Shown: positions 24,826 through 40,094 of the stretch, piece by piece
Layout of the letters: each line of letters opens with the position of its first letter
Numbering within the stretch: the first letter of the stretch is position 1
From: Perkinsus olseni
Taxonomy: Eukaryota
DNA: 56,801 nucleotides
Assembly: GCA_013115125.1 (NCBI GenBank)
Contig: JABANN010000177.1
Location: forward strand, 1-56,801
Direction of reading: 5' to 3'
Translations under genes and position numbers: made by a program
The notes under the pieces: generated by a model
What the model was told of the DNA's origin: nothing
The model's input: the letters and a program-made list of their open reading frames with translations, nothing else
The model's database searches: none

Positions 24826-25111
24826 ACCGAAACTGAATGACGCAGCCCATGAATTTACTCGCGACTCAAACCAAAATACAAACCAACTGATCGCTTCGCA
24901 TACCGAAAAAGTACAGGTGTGGAGGGTCCACTCACCAAACACCGTTTAATCAGAGGGTAGGCACTGAAGAAAACAAATGCAATATATCGCAGTGCAAGTA
25001 TTGCTAGTCAAGAGCATCATACAAGGTCGACTGTTTGAAGCGGCCATGGTCGACGGAGACGACTGGAAGCGCTGCCCTCAGGTTACAAAAGATACGCTTG
25101 GAAGGGCCCAT

Positions 25112-25496
25112 CTACTTCTTATGCGTGTGGAAGTGGTCGCTGTAGTACCTTGACAAGGAGAGTGAGCGGTTGTTGACAAGGCGAGCACGAAAATCTTACA
25201 GGTTGTTGATGTTGCTCTGTCGATCAAGGATTTCGAAGTTTTTCTCCTGCTCCTTGAGGAAATCTGGCTCTTGTGCTGACCGAGTCGCCTCGTCAAGGGC
25301 CGCGAAACGGTCGAAGTCCGAGTTGGTCTGAGGAACACCCTTTCCGCATGAGCCAGAGGACCGGAAGACCCTCACTTACGATTCGCTCGAAGTACTGCTT
25401 GAAATTGGGGTCTCTGAAGCGGGAGGCTGCACCCATACATCTCGTAAACATGGTCTTAACCGCGGGCGATAACGCGTCCAACTTGGCCGGCAACAT
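25112..25496 (-). CDS. ISD11: LYR-family protein, ISD11/LYRM4-like (Fe-S cluster assembly)
   Basis: Short spliced protein with AASRFRDPNFKQYFER and FEILDRQSNINNLYY, resembling the ISD11 F.xYN.R.YF and LxRQ..I..LY motifs. Confidence 0.7.
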
Positions 25497-25722
25497 TTCG
25501 AAGGCTGATAAACTCGTAGGAAAACTAATCAGCGGAGGAGATCAACAACGACAAATCACAGTACTTAAAGAAGAGACTTGTTGCTAAGCTTGGTCCACTA
25601 TCAGCAGCAGTTATGCATCTTTGGACGTCGCGGTAAAAAGCGCGCGCCCGAGTAATCGACTACTTTGAAGGATCACACGACCAACAATTGCTAGTCGATT
25701 GTCTACTTTTCTTTTGCCTACC

Positions 25723-26952
25723 ATGGCGGCTAAATATGCTCTCTTCGATCTGGACGGGACCTTGACTGCTCCTCGAGGTGCTGCTACTCCCGAAATGTTG
25801 GAACTTATCCAAAAGCTGAGGACCGTTGCTAAAGGTAGTAGTGGTACTGAGGGTGGGCGATGGAGACGACGAAGAAAATTATCTGGCGATGGCCAGTACG
25901 ATGGCCGATGCAGTGTTGACGTATCCAACACTGTAGAATCGTCGAATAGCATTTGCCGGATAACACCGATACGTAGCGGTGGACAGGCCATTGTCGACGG
26001 AGCGAAGATTGTCGTATATAATTTCAGTTGGCGTCGTATCCGGCTCTGACCTACCCAAGCTCAATGAGCAATTCACAGCGGACTGCAGGGACTGCGTGGA
26101 CTACACGTTTCCTGAGAACGGTATCGTAGCCTACCAGGGAAAGGAGATGGTAATCGAGTGATACCAACTTTTTCACAACTTCCACTACCACACCGTTCAG
26201 ATCGGCTCTCATAGTTTCGCCAAGTTCCTTGGCGAGGATAAACTCCAGGAGATGATTAATTTCGTTTTACGCTATTTTTCCGAGATCACTCTTCCTGTCA
26301 AGCGGGGAACTTTTGTCGAGTAAGCACCGGTAACCCCGGTAACATGTCACAACGCTGTTGCCAAAGTAGATACCGGATGGGAATGCTGAACTTCTCACCA
26401 ATAGGCCGACAGTGCTCGCAGGAAGAACGGATTCAATTCAATGAGTAACGCCTATCACTGCAGCAGTCTGCCCCCACCCACTATCCAGGTACGACAAGGA
26501 GCACGGAATTCGTCAGAAGTTCGTGGAGGAGATGGACAAGCGGTTCAGCAAGTGGGGGCCTCTCTGTGGTTCGGGTTGGTGGGCACTGTCGTCGCTGCCT
26601 ATCAGGTATGGCGTCCAGTTCGCCATTGGTGGACAGATATCTGTCGATTGCTTCCCTAAGGGATGGGACAAGACCTTCGTTTTACGATATCTCCCTGAGG
26701 ATGCAGAAGTACTATGAGGGACGCTCGGGCCATCTCGGGATCGTCTCGGGTAGATTCACTTTTTTGGAGACAAGACCACACCAGGTGGAAATGACTACGA
26801 GATTTATGAGCATCCACGTAAGATAACGTCATTCCACCACGGAAGTGTCTCCTTCCGTGGGTGAAATTCGTGCACCGGAAGGTACAATAGGCCACTCTGT
26901 GAAGGACCCCGTAGACGCTATGCAACAGATTAAGGAAACGTTCGGTATATAG
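25723..26952 (+). CDS. PMM: Phosphomannomutase (HAD family), multi-exon
   Basis: ALFDLDGTLTAPR, GVVSGSD, FPENGIVAY, LPVKRGTFVE, MLNFSPIGR, IGGQISVDCFPKGWDKTF, FFGDKT..GGNDYEIY, GHSV. Stop at 26950-26952. Confidence 0.96.
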
Positions 26953-27120
26953 GAGAAGATTGTGATGCTCTTCACTACTGCCTCATCATAGAAGACGTTG
27001 CGTTAGTACTAAATCAACAGGGCTTGAAGGTCAGTGCTGGAAACTCGTAGGGTAAGAGTAAACAACAGGTATTAAGTAACAGTAACGTAATGACGTCGTT
27101 GTGATACAACATTGCCCTTT

Positions 27121-29243
27121 CTATTCCTCGTTGCGCTTCCTTTTGGGGCTCCAATTAGAGAACGGTCGACAACAGCAGGAGGCATCGCTGCACTCCTGGG
27201 TAGTCTTCAGGCATCGGATACCAACCTCCTTGAACACTTTACGAGGGCCTTCGGGGAAGTCCACCATGCTGAAGCCCAACTCGCCGACTTCACCGAGGTA
27301 GACGCTCGGGCCTGACGTGCCTGACAACACCAACGCCACTGCTGCACGCTGGTGGTAGTCACTGAGGCTCCTTCTTACCGTCATCCCTGTCGTATCCGAC
27401 GAGGAAGTCGAAGCGGTTGGCCGGGCTGCCGTAGACGCTCTCCGTGTCCATCCACTTGTAAAATTGATCAATAATGTGGAAGCAAATTCGCTCCACCTCC
27501 TGCAATCTCGGCACGTCACCGCGGAACCACTTCTTGGCCGCGTCAGCGGTCTTCGTCTCGTGCTCAAAATCTATAAAAAGCCCGGCTGAGTTCACGGCCC
27601 GGAACCTGATAACGATAGTTGACATACCAGATGTTAGAGTAAGAAAAAATCACCTGGTGTAGAGAATCCTCTCGACTTTGCCGTTCACGACAAACATCCT
27701 CAATTCCAAATCAACTGGTACCCTCTGCTGGACGAAGACGGAGTCGACCTTGCAGCCCTTCTGCTCGAATAGATCGAGCATTTGGTAGGACAGCTCCCCG
27801 ATATTATCACAAGTCCTGCAGTGATCACGATGAGCATGAGCCAGCTTCCCAGACGGGAAAGAATCTTACCTCACATCAGCGGCCTCCCAGGAGTATCCAA
27901 GCTTGGCGATGGCGCCACGAGGCAGCGGGTTACTCTTCTGCACTCCACCACTAGTCATATCACACAGAGCCGATAGCCGCTCCCAAGTGAGCTGATCAAG
28001 TAGGTGATGGGAACGCAGAGTGAGACGAACGAGTTCTCACCCTGGCAGCACTGTCGGGGGATGCAACAACATGACCACGCGAAACGCGAGTAGTAGGAGG
28101 CATATGAAGATCCGGTATTGTACAGAGATGAGCGTAGAAAGTCTTAGAGATGATGGTATCCAACCTAACATGGGGACTGCATACCACACCGATGGTGACA
28201 CTTATTACAGATGGCTTGGGTGAGGGAACATGGTGGGCACTCCCATGGACTCTACGCCGACCATCAACTCGAAGAAGGCATCCTTGTCGATGTATCCGCC
28301 AGCATCAGAGATGTTATCCTCGAAGGCAGTAGGCCAGAGGAAGTACCTTTGTTTGAGATGGACGACTGGCAAGAAGCGAGTAGCCGCTACATCGCTGCTT
28401 TATGGCGACCAGTAAGCATCTGCCGGATGGCCAGGGGACTGATCTTCCTCAGATCATCAGCGCTCGTGACGAAGGCACTGAGTACCTAGGGAGAGCGCGT
28501 TCCGAAGCAGCAGCAACCTCCATTGATAGGTAGCGACCTCATAATCGTTCTTGGCAACCTTCCTGACACCCTTCTGCATCATATGACAGATGTAGGTGTC
28601 CGATACGTTAGAGCCAGCCTCTCCCCAGCTCTGCCAGTCGTACTCGTTCACTGTGCCGAAGTTAGGGTTGCCCCAGCGGACCTACAGTGTGAGGCTTATC
28701 ATGATGCGAATAATGGAATCAAGAATCGAGAGCAGCATCTTGATGACACTACCACTGCGGCTTACCACGAAGATGGACAGGCTAGGAGTCGGAGGCTCCG
28801 TGAGGCGGACGTCGGAGGGGTAGTAGGCCTGCTCGATATTCCTCGTATCGGTGGTATTCAACACATCCTGCTCCCGATCAAACCATATACGGTGCTCATA
28901 TCGGACCTGAGAGGCGGTGGTCGCAGCAAGAGGTCGTCACAACCCCGTCACACTAGCCGACCTTCACGTAGGTGTCGTGCCTGGCGGGATTGAACTCATC
29001 CTCCTTGAAGTCTTTGATGACAACAGCCGGCTGCCATCGATCACTCCAGCCGATCTGAGGCCTGTTGTAGCCCTGCACGTGAGTGTCCACGGCAAACCAG
29101 GCGGGGTCGCGAGGGCTCTTCTGCATTTGATAGAAGACCCAGACCTTCGTGCCGGCCTTGAGGTCGCCAATGCTGCCGCTAGGCCTGGAGCTCTGATGAT
29201 GGTGATGGTGTGAGGAGGGAGTAGTACGTGCGTCTGAGCTCAT
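27121..29243 (-). CDS. Uncharacterised protein with an ATP-grasp-like C-terminal region, multi-exon
   Basis: Spliced exons give AKLGYSWEAADV, VFVQQRVPVDLELRMFVVNGKV, RFDFLVG and VYLGEVGELGFS, in the order of ATP-grasp motifs. Confidence 0.6.
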
Positions 29244-29385
29244 CGGGTTATTATTATTGATACAACTACTATCGAAAGCCTGTCTACAAAGTTAAGCCCA
29301 TCGCCACCACAACGCAAGGCTGGCGACGTACCTTTACAAAAACGTATCCAAAGGATCTACTTCAAGTGTATAAAACAGCATGTTG

Positions 29386-30319
29386 TCACTCAGCACCCCC
29401 GATCATTCCCTCCTGGCCACCCGCGTGTCTCATCTCAATGGCTTGGAGGCGCAACTCCCGCTGGTCACTCGATCCTGACAGCCTCGGCAATTCAGCGGCC
29501 GTAGCACTGGGGCCACTACCGGTTGTAGTGAGCTGCCCCTCGGAGACCCCTTCGGATCGACGAGGGAAGAAGCTCATGAACCGACCCAAGGTGCTCTCCT
29601 GGCCGCCTCCTAACGCATGACCGTGGCCTGAGAAAGAGCATCCTGTGGTGAGGGGGGCTACCCAAAGACGTAGCTTCCCTCACCAGTGAAGAGCTGTTGC
29701 ATGGGAGGACGGACTGGCAGGAGAGGCTGACCCGAAGATCCGGCCCCAGCGTTGTGGCTGGCCTCGTCGTCATCATTCTCTGGGATGCAGCATGCACACC
29801 ACGACCCCCACCACGCCAATCGATTTACCCAGGCGGGCAGTGCTCGACCCAGAATCTGACAGTGATGCGGTGACAGAGCCTCACGAGCGGGTCGACTCAC
29901 CGCTCTACAAAAGGCGTCAGAAAAATGATTGCAGTTCTTCTCAACTACGTGATAAGAATCGCCACGGAATTCATCCCGCAGCTTGTCGAGGGCCGACTCT
30001 ATCTGTCGCATGCTCAAAGACGTCCGCCTGACGCAGCCCATCACCCCTAGCTATCACCTCTCCCCACTACACCCACCCCATATCCAGTGCCAGCTTGAAT
30101 CGTGCCTCTGGGGCATCCCTGGGCCGACAGTCGTACACCCCTACCAGGTCCCAATCACCATCATAGTGAAATGATGGTTCTACCTTCTCCTTTAGCGAAG
30201 GAGTACTCCCTGCCCATAATCTCAACCCCGCTATGATGCGCGCCACAACACGGGAGCATCACGTTGGACTCTGCCAAGTCGTAGACATTCACGCTGACTT
30301 GAAGTTGTGGAGTCCGCAT
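29386..30319 (-). CDS. PPPDE/DeSI-family deubiquitinase or desumoylase
   Basis: VSVNVYDL, GAHHSGVEIMGREYSF (catalytic His), YHVVEKNCNHFSDAFC (catalytic Cys) and LPAWVNRLA. Confidence 0.93.
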
Positions 30320-30765
30320 GATGGACTGCTGTGAGAGCGAGGAATTGAACAGACTCCAACGCAAGGCAGGGAAGGCTTCTACCGTTGTCTACCAAGGTAC
30401 TTATTAAATGAATACCACCATGGTTGGTGGCAGATCAGCTGTCATCAGCGTTGGCTGCAATAGGGGTGCCAGGACCGACTCTACTATTGCCTTTATAAAA
30501 ACACACAGATAATGGTGCAAATGGTTTACAATAATGATGATGATGGTGGAAGAGGAGAAGGATGGGAACAACGGCCACCCTTCACTCGCTCATGAACATC
30601 ATCTCCATCACCTCCTTATACCGGGGGTCACATGTCCTCTTCGAGGCCCCGATGGGTACCGCAGGTACCTGAACAGTGAAGGTAACCTGAAGGTCCAAGA
30701 TTTAATCCAAACACTCGTCTGATATTGGCTATCTGAAGATTCGGCATGGATTCGAAAATCCCTTC

Positions 30766-33913
<3,148 letters not shown>

Positions 33914-34533
33914 GATAATAAGTACGTATCGCACGACCGAGAGGAAAGTGAATGGGAGGGCGCGCGCGGACTGCAAAGGAGTGCGAGAATTTCGCGAAAA
34001 TCGGACTGTGCGACTTAGCGCGTTTTCGCATAGCGCTCGCCCGGGTCAGCCGGGCTTCCAGCTTCACGCATTCAAACTCTGTATTTCGAATTCCACTATC
34101 GTATCAGGCAGCAGGCGGATACTGCCCGCGTGTCTGTTGCAGGCCGTGTTGTTCTTGTAACATGGGAAATCGCGGGGGCCGACTGCCGGACGTACGGGGG
34201 TGCTCGCGGAGTCAGACTGTGGAAGCGAAGCTGACGTAACGTAAGAAGTGGACCGGTATTAATTGACTGCACCACGAAGACTAACCGAGCAGAGCTTGAC
34301 ACTTGCAACAGCATGAGACACCATGTGGCGCGTTGGTAAGATCAATCGACGGGGCGTGGCCTGACCCGCACTCGGATCCATTCACTTCAAGCTGAATGAG
34401 TGTCCCCGCTCCATGATGCACTCCATGAAGGCTCAGACGAGTACCACACTTCCACCAACCTTCACCGTTCTTCCCAAGGTTGTTTCGATACCAAGCTCAG
34501 CGGCGGGATCGGAGCCGACTTCACAGCAGTTTC

Positions 34534-36997
34534 TCATGTCGATGAACAAGCTGTCCTCGATTCGGGAGTGCGCCTAACGAACGGGTTCTCTCGGTACGAA
34601 ATCCTTAACCACTCCAACTCGGGACTCACGAGTCGCTGTAGTAACTCTTGAACTCCTCCACTCCCGATTCCACGATTACCCGCGAGGTGAATCGTCCTTA
34701 GCGAGGTCGAGTCTAGCAGGCGATCCACCAACTGCGCGAAACCTGAAGAAAAGCACGAACCTATGGAGAACGTATCTCTAGGGCTGGCGGGGGGGATCCT
34801 CCGGCTCGTGTAGACGGAACAACGAAAGGCTTATAACCCTCAACGATGCCGGAGATTAACAAGGTATCTCCGCACAGCAGAGATCAAACGGTTACCCCCG
34901 CCCCTCTCGCTCACCATGATCATGATCCAGGCTGCAATCAGAAAGGGCCAACCATACCAACTTGATGAGATTTGGCAACGAGTCCGCCAGGTCAATCAAA
35001 CCTGAGGGGTCGAAGGAACCGCAGGGGCCATAGGATGCAGAGTACGACTACTCCTTTCGACGGAGTTGGAGCTCATCGCGAGTTCCTCGAGTGCTGGGCA
35101 GTGCGGCAACATGCTGAACAGCTCGGTGCATCCAGCTGCCGTCAGCAGGTTATCCTCGAGGTTTAGCGAGCGCAGATTTATCAGTAAATCCTGAAGAACC
35201 ACGGAACACTTCCAGAGTTTGTGGACAACCCGTTGCATGCTGTGTGAGAAAAGGACAAAAAAACTAGCATGAGTGCTGCAGGGTTCGAACCCGCGCGGAC
35301 CGTGTCCAGTGGATCTTAAGTCCACCCCCTTAACCACTCGGGCAAACACTCGATGAAAGAATCCCATCACGTGAAATAGAGCCCGACGGCGGCCAAACTT
35401 TACATTGCTCATCGCCTCTGCTAGCACGGCTGCCCCAACGTCTGAAACGCCCGCCTTCCACAAGTTGACCTCCAATAGGGGAACGGCCTTGCCGCTCAAT
35501 GAGGAGCACAGCTTGAGCACAGGCGTATCTCCAATATCCTGACAGTGCAACATAAAGAGCCGGTACAATATAGATCGCGCCCATCAAAGACCGTAAGTGG
35601 AGAGTTCCCAGGCCTCACTTTCCCAAGCCACCGCACCGACATGTTCGTCGGCGACCTGTGATGCAGCTCAAGTGCTTCCTGCATCGCTTGGCGCACTCCC
35701 TCTGAATTCGTCCCTAAGATCGATCCTTCAAACACGTGTTGCGCGCTGAGTGTGCCCTACCCTGCCGTGGAGCTCCTGACTTGAGAACATCACCGTCCGT
35801 ACCGGTGGCGTGAGCGTCGTAGCCCTCGTCGCCAGGACTGTCGGCGTAGGATTCGTCAGTCCACACCTCAAGACCTCCCCATCGTAACTGGTGGCCTGCC
35901 ACCGTCGACATGCACAATGGACCATCACCAGACAGGCAGTCTCTACCTTTCTCGCGATTCGGTAGCATCTTCGTCAGGTTAGGACTGTTATAGAGCATGT
36001 CGATGACCCCACTTCGGAAAGTTTCTGACTCGACTAGCTGCCGGACTCGAGCCTCCACTTCACCGCCTGTTATATGCTTCGCTCGTACCCGAGTGGTGAC
36101 TTGACAGGATGTAGTATCCCTAAGATCAGAAGCAACCAACATCGCATGATGGACACGACATGGACATGGTGAGCTATGGTCACCTGTTCCTTTCCTGCTT
36201 GGCATCATCCGGCTCAATGCCCTCTATCCAGACCCTTACAGTCATCACTTCCTTCTCGGGTAGACCGGTGACGATCATTCGACGTAGTCCCTCAATCTGA
36301 GCCACCCACAACCGTTGCTGCTCCACCAGGCAATCGTCGACCTACCACATTCGAGCCCAGTGTCCTATCCTTGCTAATCCCGGCGAAGTCGAGGCCACGG
36401 ATAACAAAGCGGCACAACGCCGATGGCAGTGGTACCCTCGGCCGGATGAGCTGCATCTCCTTCGTCCATCTATTGACGTAGTATGTCGTCCCCCACAGAG
36501 GGTCAACCGCTTGAACCCAATCTGTTGTCCTATCGCCTCCGCAACGCTCACTCAGCCAGGACCCTGACCACAACCACATGCCATTGAGGACTAGACCTCG
36601 GTGACTTTAGCGTACTCCAGTCCACACTCGATGCCGCAGTAGACGCTGACCAGGTCGAGCCTTCATCAGTGCTTCGCGCCGAGCTGGTAGCAGACATGGA
36701 GGAGGTGGTGAAAGCACTCTTCGGTATTGGTTCGGGAGGGCCGTCATAGGGCCGCCTTGTTGGCTTCATCCGTTGCGGTGTGCTAGATTCTTCCGCATAT
36801 CCGACAGCGATTTCCTCCGGCACCTGAGACACAGAAAGCATGCTCGAGCCGCTTACAACAGAGACAAAGACACCGCAGTCGGAGAGCATCCAGGCCCACG
36901 GCACGGCATCCCTCTGGTCCTTTCCACCTGGTGATGCTGGCCTTCGGCGTGCCTCACGAATAACGGACGACCTTGTGGTGTGAGGAGCATCGTCCAT
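34534..36997 (-). CDS. WW-domain and RNI-like leucine-rich-repeat protein, multi-exon
   Basis: WW-like WVQAVDPLWGTTYYVNRWTKEMQLIRP; LRR units LRSLNLEDNLLTAAG, LEELAMSSN, LRTIHLAGNRGIGSGG and VSDVGAAVLAEAM. Confidence 0.7.
35270..35351 (-). tRNA. tRNA-Leu(UAA), inside an intron of the WW/LRR gene
   Basis: GAGTGTTTGCCCGAGTGGTTAAGGGGGTGGACTTAAGATCCACTGGACACGGTCCGCGCGGGTTCGAACCCTGCAGCACTCA is a complete type II cloverleaf with variable arm, anticodon TAA and discriminator A. A T7 terminator lies at 35257-35263. Confidence 0.95.
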
Positions 36998-37799
36998 CCT
37001 TCTAACTGCCTTTCAGAATCTTCACCGATCGCTTCCGCTGCTCTCTGAGAGGTCCGATCCTTACCCAGCCAGTTGAGCGTTCAGAAGCCTACCACTGTCC
37101 CTCTCGCCGCATTGATGCCAGGCAGGCTCCTGACGTGCCTCTTAACCACAGCTACTCTAGCCCTTGCACCATCGACATGAGTGACTCGGACGATATCCCC
37201 ATTATTCAACTTCCCAACGACTGGGCTCGATAGGCTGGACTCCTAATGAAGCGTAGGAAGTTCTACTTGACGCTGCAAGGCGTGCTGACCTCGCGGACAA
37301 GAACCGAGTCAAAGCACTGATATGGTGGTATGTTAAATGCTCTCTCTTGGTCGCAGTTCCAGCCCATACCGATAGACGGCGTCGTGACTCGAAGGAGGTC
37401 TTGATGGACTGAAAGAAAGTAAACTCAAAAATGCCTCCCTTGCCTCACCACCAGAGCGAGGCAACATCGGCTAGACGCCCAGTCGATAACTCCATAAGAT
37501 CGGTTACGCAATCTCTGTCCTAGCGCCTGCTCTCACCTGTAGCCGTCCTCCGCAAGGCGACTGATAATGGTTCGAATACTACGTCTCCTGACGGAAGCGG
37601 CACCCATCCATGTTGGCAAGGGTCGTATCTGTTGGTTGGAAGGCAGTCACGGTGGTACAGCTAGCCAACCAAAACGAGTGAACCATTGCACGAAGCGCAT
37701 CGAAGGAAGAACTACTCCCATGAGTAAGCAGTGAGTCGATCGGTGGCGACCGGCAAGGTACTCAGAAGCTCTGAGTCCACTCAGAGTTCTAGACGATTC

Positions 37800-39813
37800 T
37801 GGGTCAGAACCATCTACGACTCGTGTGTGACCTACCTGAGCGGATCCACGACGATGCCCAGCACGGCCTCGGCGACGACCAGAGGGTGGACCATCTTGCG
37901 TAGTCGTGAATTCTCCTCATCACAGGGCTCCACGTCTCCAGGAGGCACCAGTACCTGTGGTAAGTTGCGGGATAGTCGGCATTGCCGAAGACTTCAACCT
38001 TACCCTGACCCACAGAGTATCCCCCTTGTGAGCGAAGGACTCGGTCACTACGAGCTGGCCAACACTCAGGCGTGATAAAGGGCTTGCTGCAGAGTCGAGA
38101 GCCGAAAGGACAGGCAGGCTGCCCGAGGCCTCCGTTGACTTGACCATGCACAACTTCCATATGTCGTGATGAAGCAGCTCATGCAAGGACAGCTGAGCCT
38201 ACACAGGGCGGTTGGTGATTGAGGTGGCGTCTTGAACTGTGTGCCGCCTTACCTGGTTTATCCATTGGTTTCGGAAGTACACACGATGCCACAGAGCATC
38301 AACACATTGCCTCCAGTCGGAAGAGACCGTCTCCGACCTCAACAGTCGCAGCAGGTCCGGATACGATACGGGCTCCACCTCTTCCACCGCTCGGTCTGAC
38401 ACAGGAGGATCGACCAAAGGCTCTTGGAGAAGGCAGGTCACTTGGCTCCACAGGCTGCCGGCTGTCGCCATCTGGAGGTGTCCCGTCTAGTATCATCAGC
38501 CGCACGGCTTCTGCAGAGTCCCCTAGGCCCCCCGCTTCAGCCGCGATAGCCTGAAATCCACTAAGTCGTACGATCCTCTCGACGGTGAAGTAGAGCCTCA
38601 CCAGCAAGCCCTGCTCTCGGGCAATGTCATTCTCGTCGACCAGACTAACCACTCGGCGCACTTTAAACTTTGCCCATGGATCCACCAGGTTAAACCAGGC
38701 TCCATCGGACGCCAATCTAGCGTTCGCACCAACTATTGCTGACAGCTGGTACTCGTTCCTAGGGTCTATATAGCCTTCCGTTGACGAGGAAAGGTTCACA
38801 TCGCCGTGAAGGGTCTGTGAGGAGGAAAGAGATGCCCACGATCACTATCGCGCTCGTCCCCTCACCAATCGATGGGTTGGTATAATTATACAGTCTTCAT
38901 CACAACTTAGCCTAGTATACTCCTCGTGGAAGGGGGGATGGCCAAGAGGCTGAACCTGCATCGATGAGGCACTTGTAGCATAGTTAACATGGCGAGGTCT
39001 CCTCCTGCTCACCATCAGTCGCCCATCAACAGTTTGAGCAGCTATCCAGCCAAGCCTGGTAACGCCATGTTGATCGATGTAGAGAATTCTGACAACTCTG
39101 TTGGCGGCCGACGGTTCGCAGACAACTACGAGGTCTCCCGTATGAAGCTGAATCCTGACAGAGATTGGTCGTCAAAAGAACTTGTCGAGCGATATCAGTC
39201 CCTACCCAACTTCCGATCCGACCAGCTGACTGTCGCTGCAGATCTCAATACACCAGTGAGGGTCCTTTTGGCACTCCACCGCCTCTTGCGGCGTCACATA
39301 GTGTATAGACCATGACCTCGCCACGAGTAGGTCGTGGAGCCCACCAGCCTCGAGGAGGGAGGTCAGGTCCCAGGTAGCCTGGCACGATGAAACACTGCCT
39401 TGAGGGCCCGAACTGACGGGCCGTCACCTCGAGCGTCTTAGGCATGTAGAAGTAGTGACGATCTCGGGGCTCTTGGCCGGGCATCCGCGAGACGTCCGTC
39501 ACTTTACGCCATCCACAAAGACGTTGATCGGCGAAGTCGGCCTCCTCAATGAAGATCGTATAGTATCTTCCGAAGCGAGTCGTCCAGTCCCGAGTTCGAT
39601 CTCTTCCATGGAGACTCACTCATCAGGAGACCGTGGTAAGGGTATGCTACTGGATGGTGCAGTGGCAGCATCGAGCCCGGCTGTGGACGGGGGTATCTCG
39701 ATTTCAAGTTCCGGTCTTGGCCGCCTTACTCCGATACTTGGACTAGCACGAGGAGGGATTTCCACCACGGCTGTCGTCACTGGCTCCATTTCATCAACTG
39801 AACGAAGCTCCAT
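37800..39813 (-). CDS. Hypothetical multi-exon protein, possibly with SH3-like beta repeats
   Basis: Successive minus-strand exon-like ORFs (39616-39813, 39245-39619, 38299-38799, 37920-38186) with segments such as LHTGDLVVVCEP..RLGWIAAQTVDG and LSVGQLVVTESFAHKGDTLWVRV. The 3' end is not resolved. Confidence 0.45.
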
Positions 39814-40094
39814 TCATGCCACCCTCTCAACCGCAACCAACTATGGCCTCAGGCACTGTATCACGAGCCTCAAAATGAAGACCTCAGCGAGGTGCACTCC
39901 TTGCGGCAAGCCACCTGTCGACCCGCTGCTTTGTTCGAAGGGATCCCCACTTGAGAGAGCTGCATACCCGACGAGAAGACGCCCTACCATCAATTGACCA
40001 ACTCGGGACTCGTCGACTAACTAGAGAAATCTGGCGAGTAAATGTGATGATCCAAACGAGTGGTATTAACATAAAAATAGTGATCAAAAAAGCC

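Noticed and set aside
37178..37700. Possible small plus-strand spliced gene (MSDSDDIPIIQLPNDWA..EVLLDAARRADLADKNRVKALI)
   Set aside because: I could not build a consistent exon chain or recognise a family; it is left unannotated rather than excluded.
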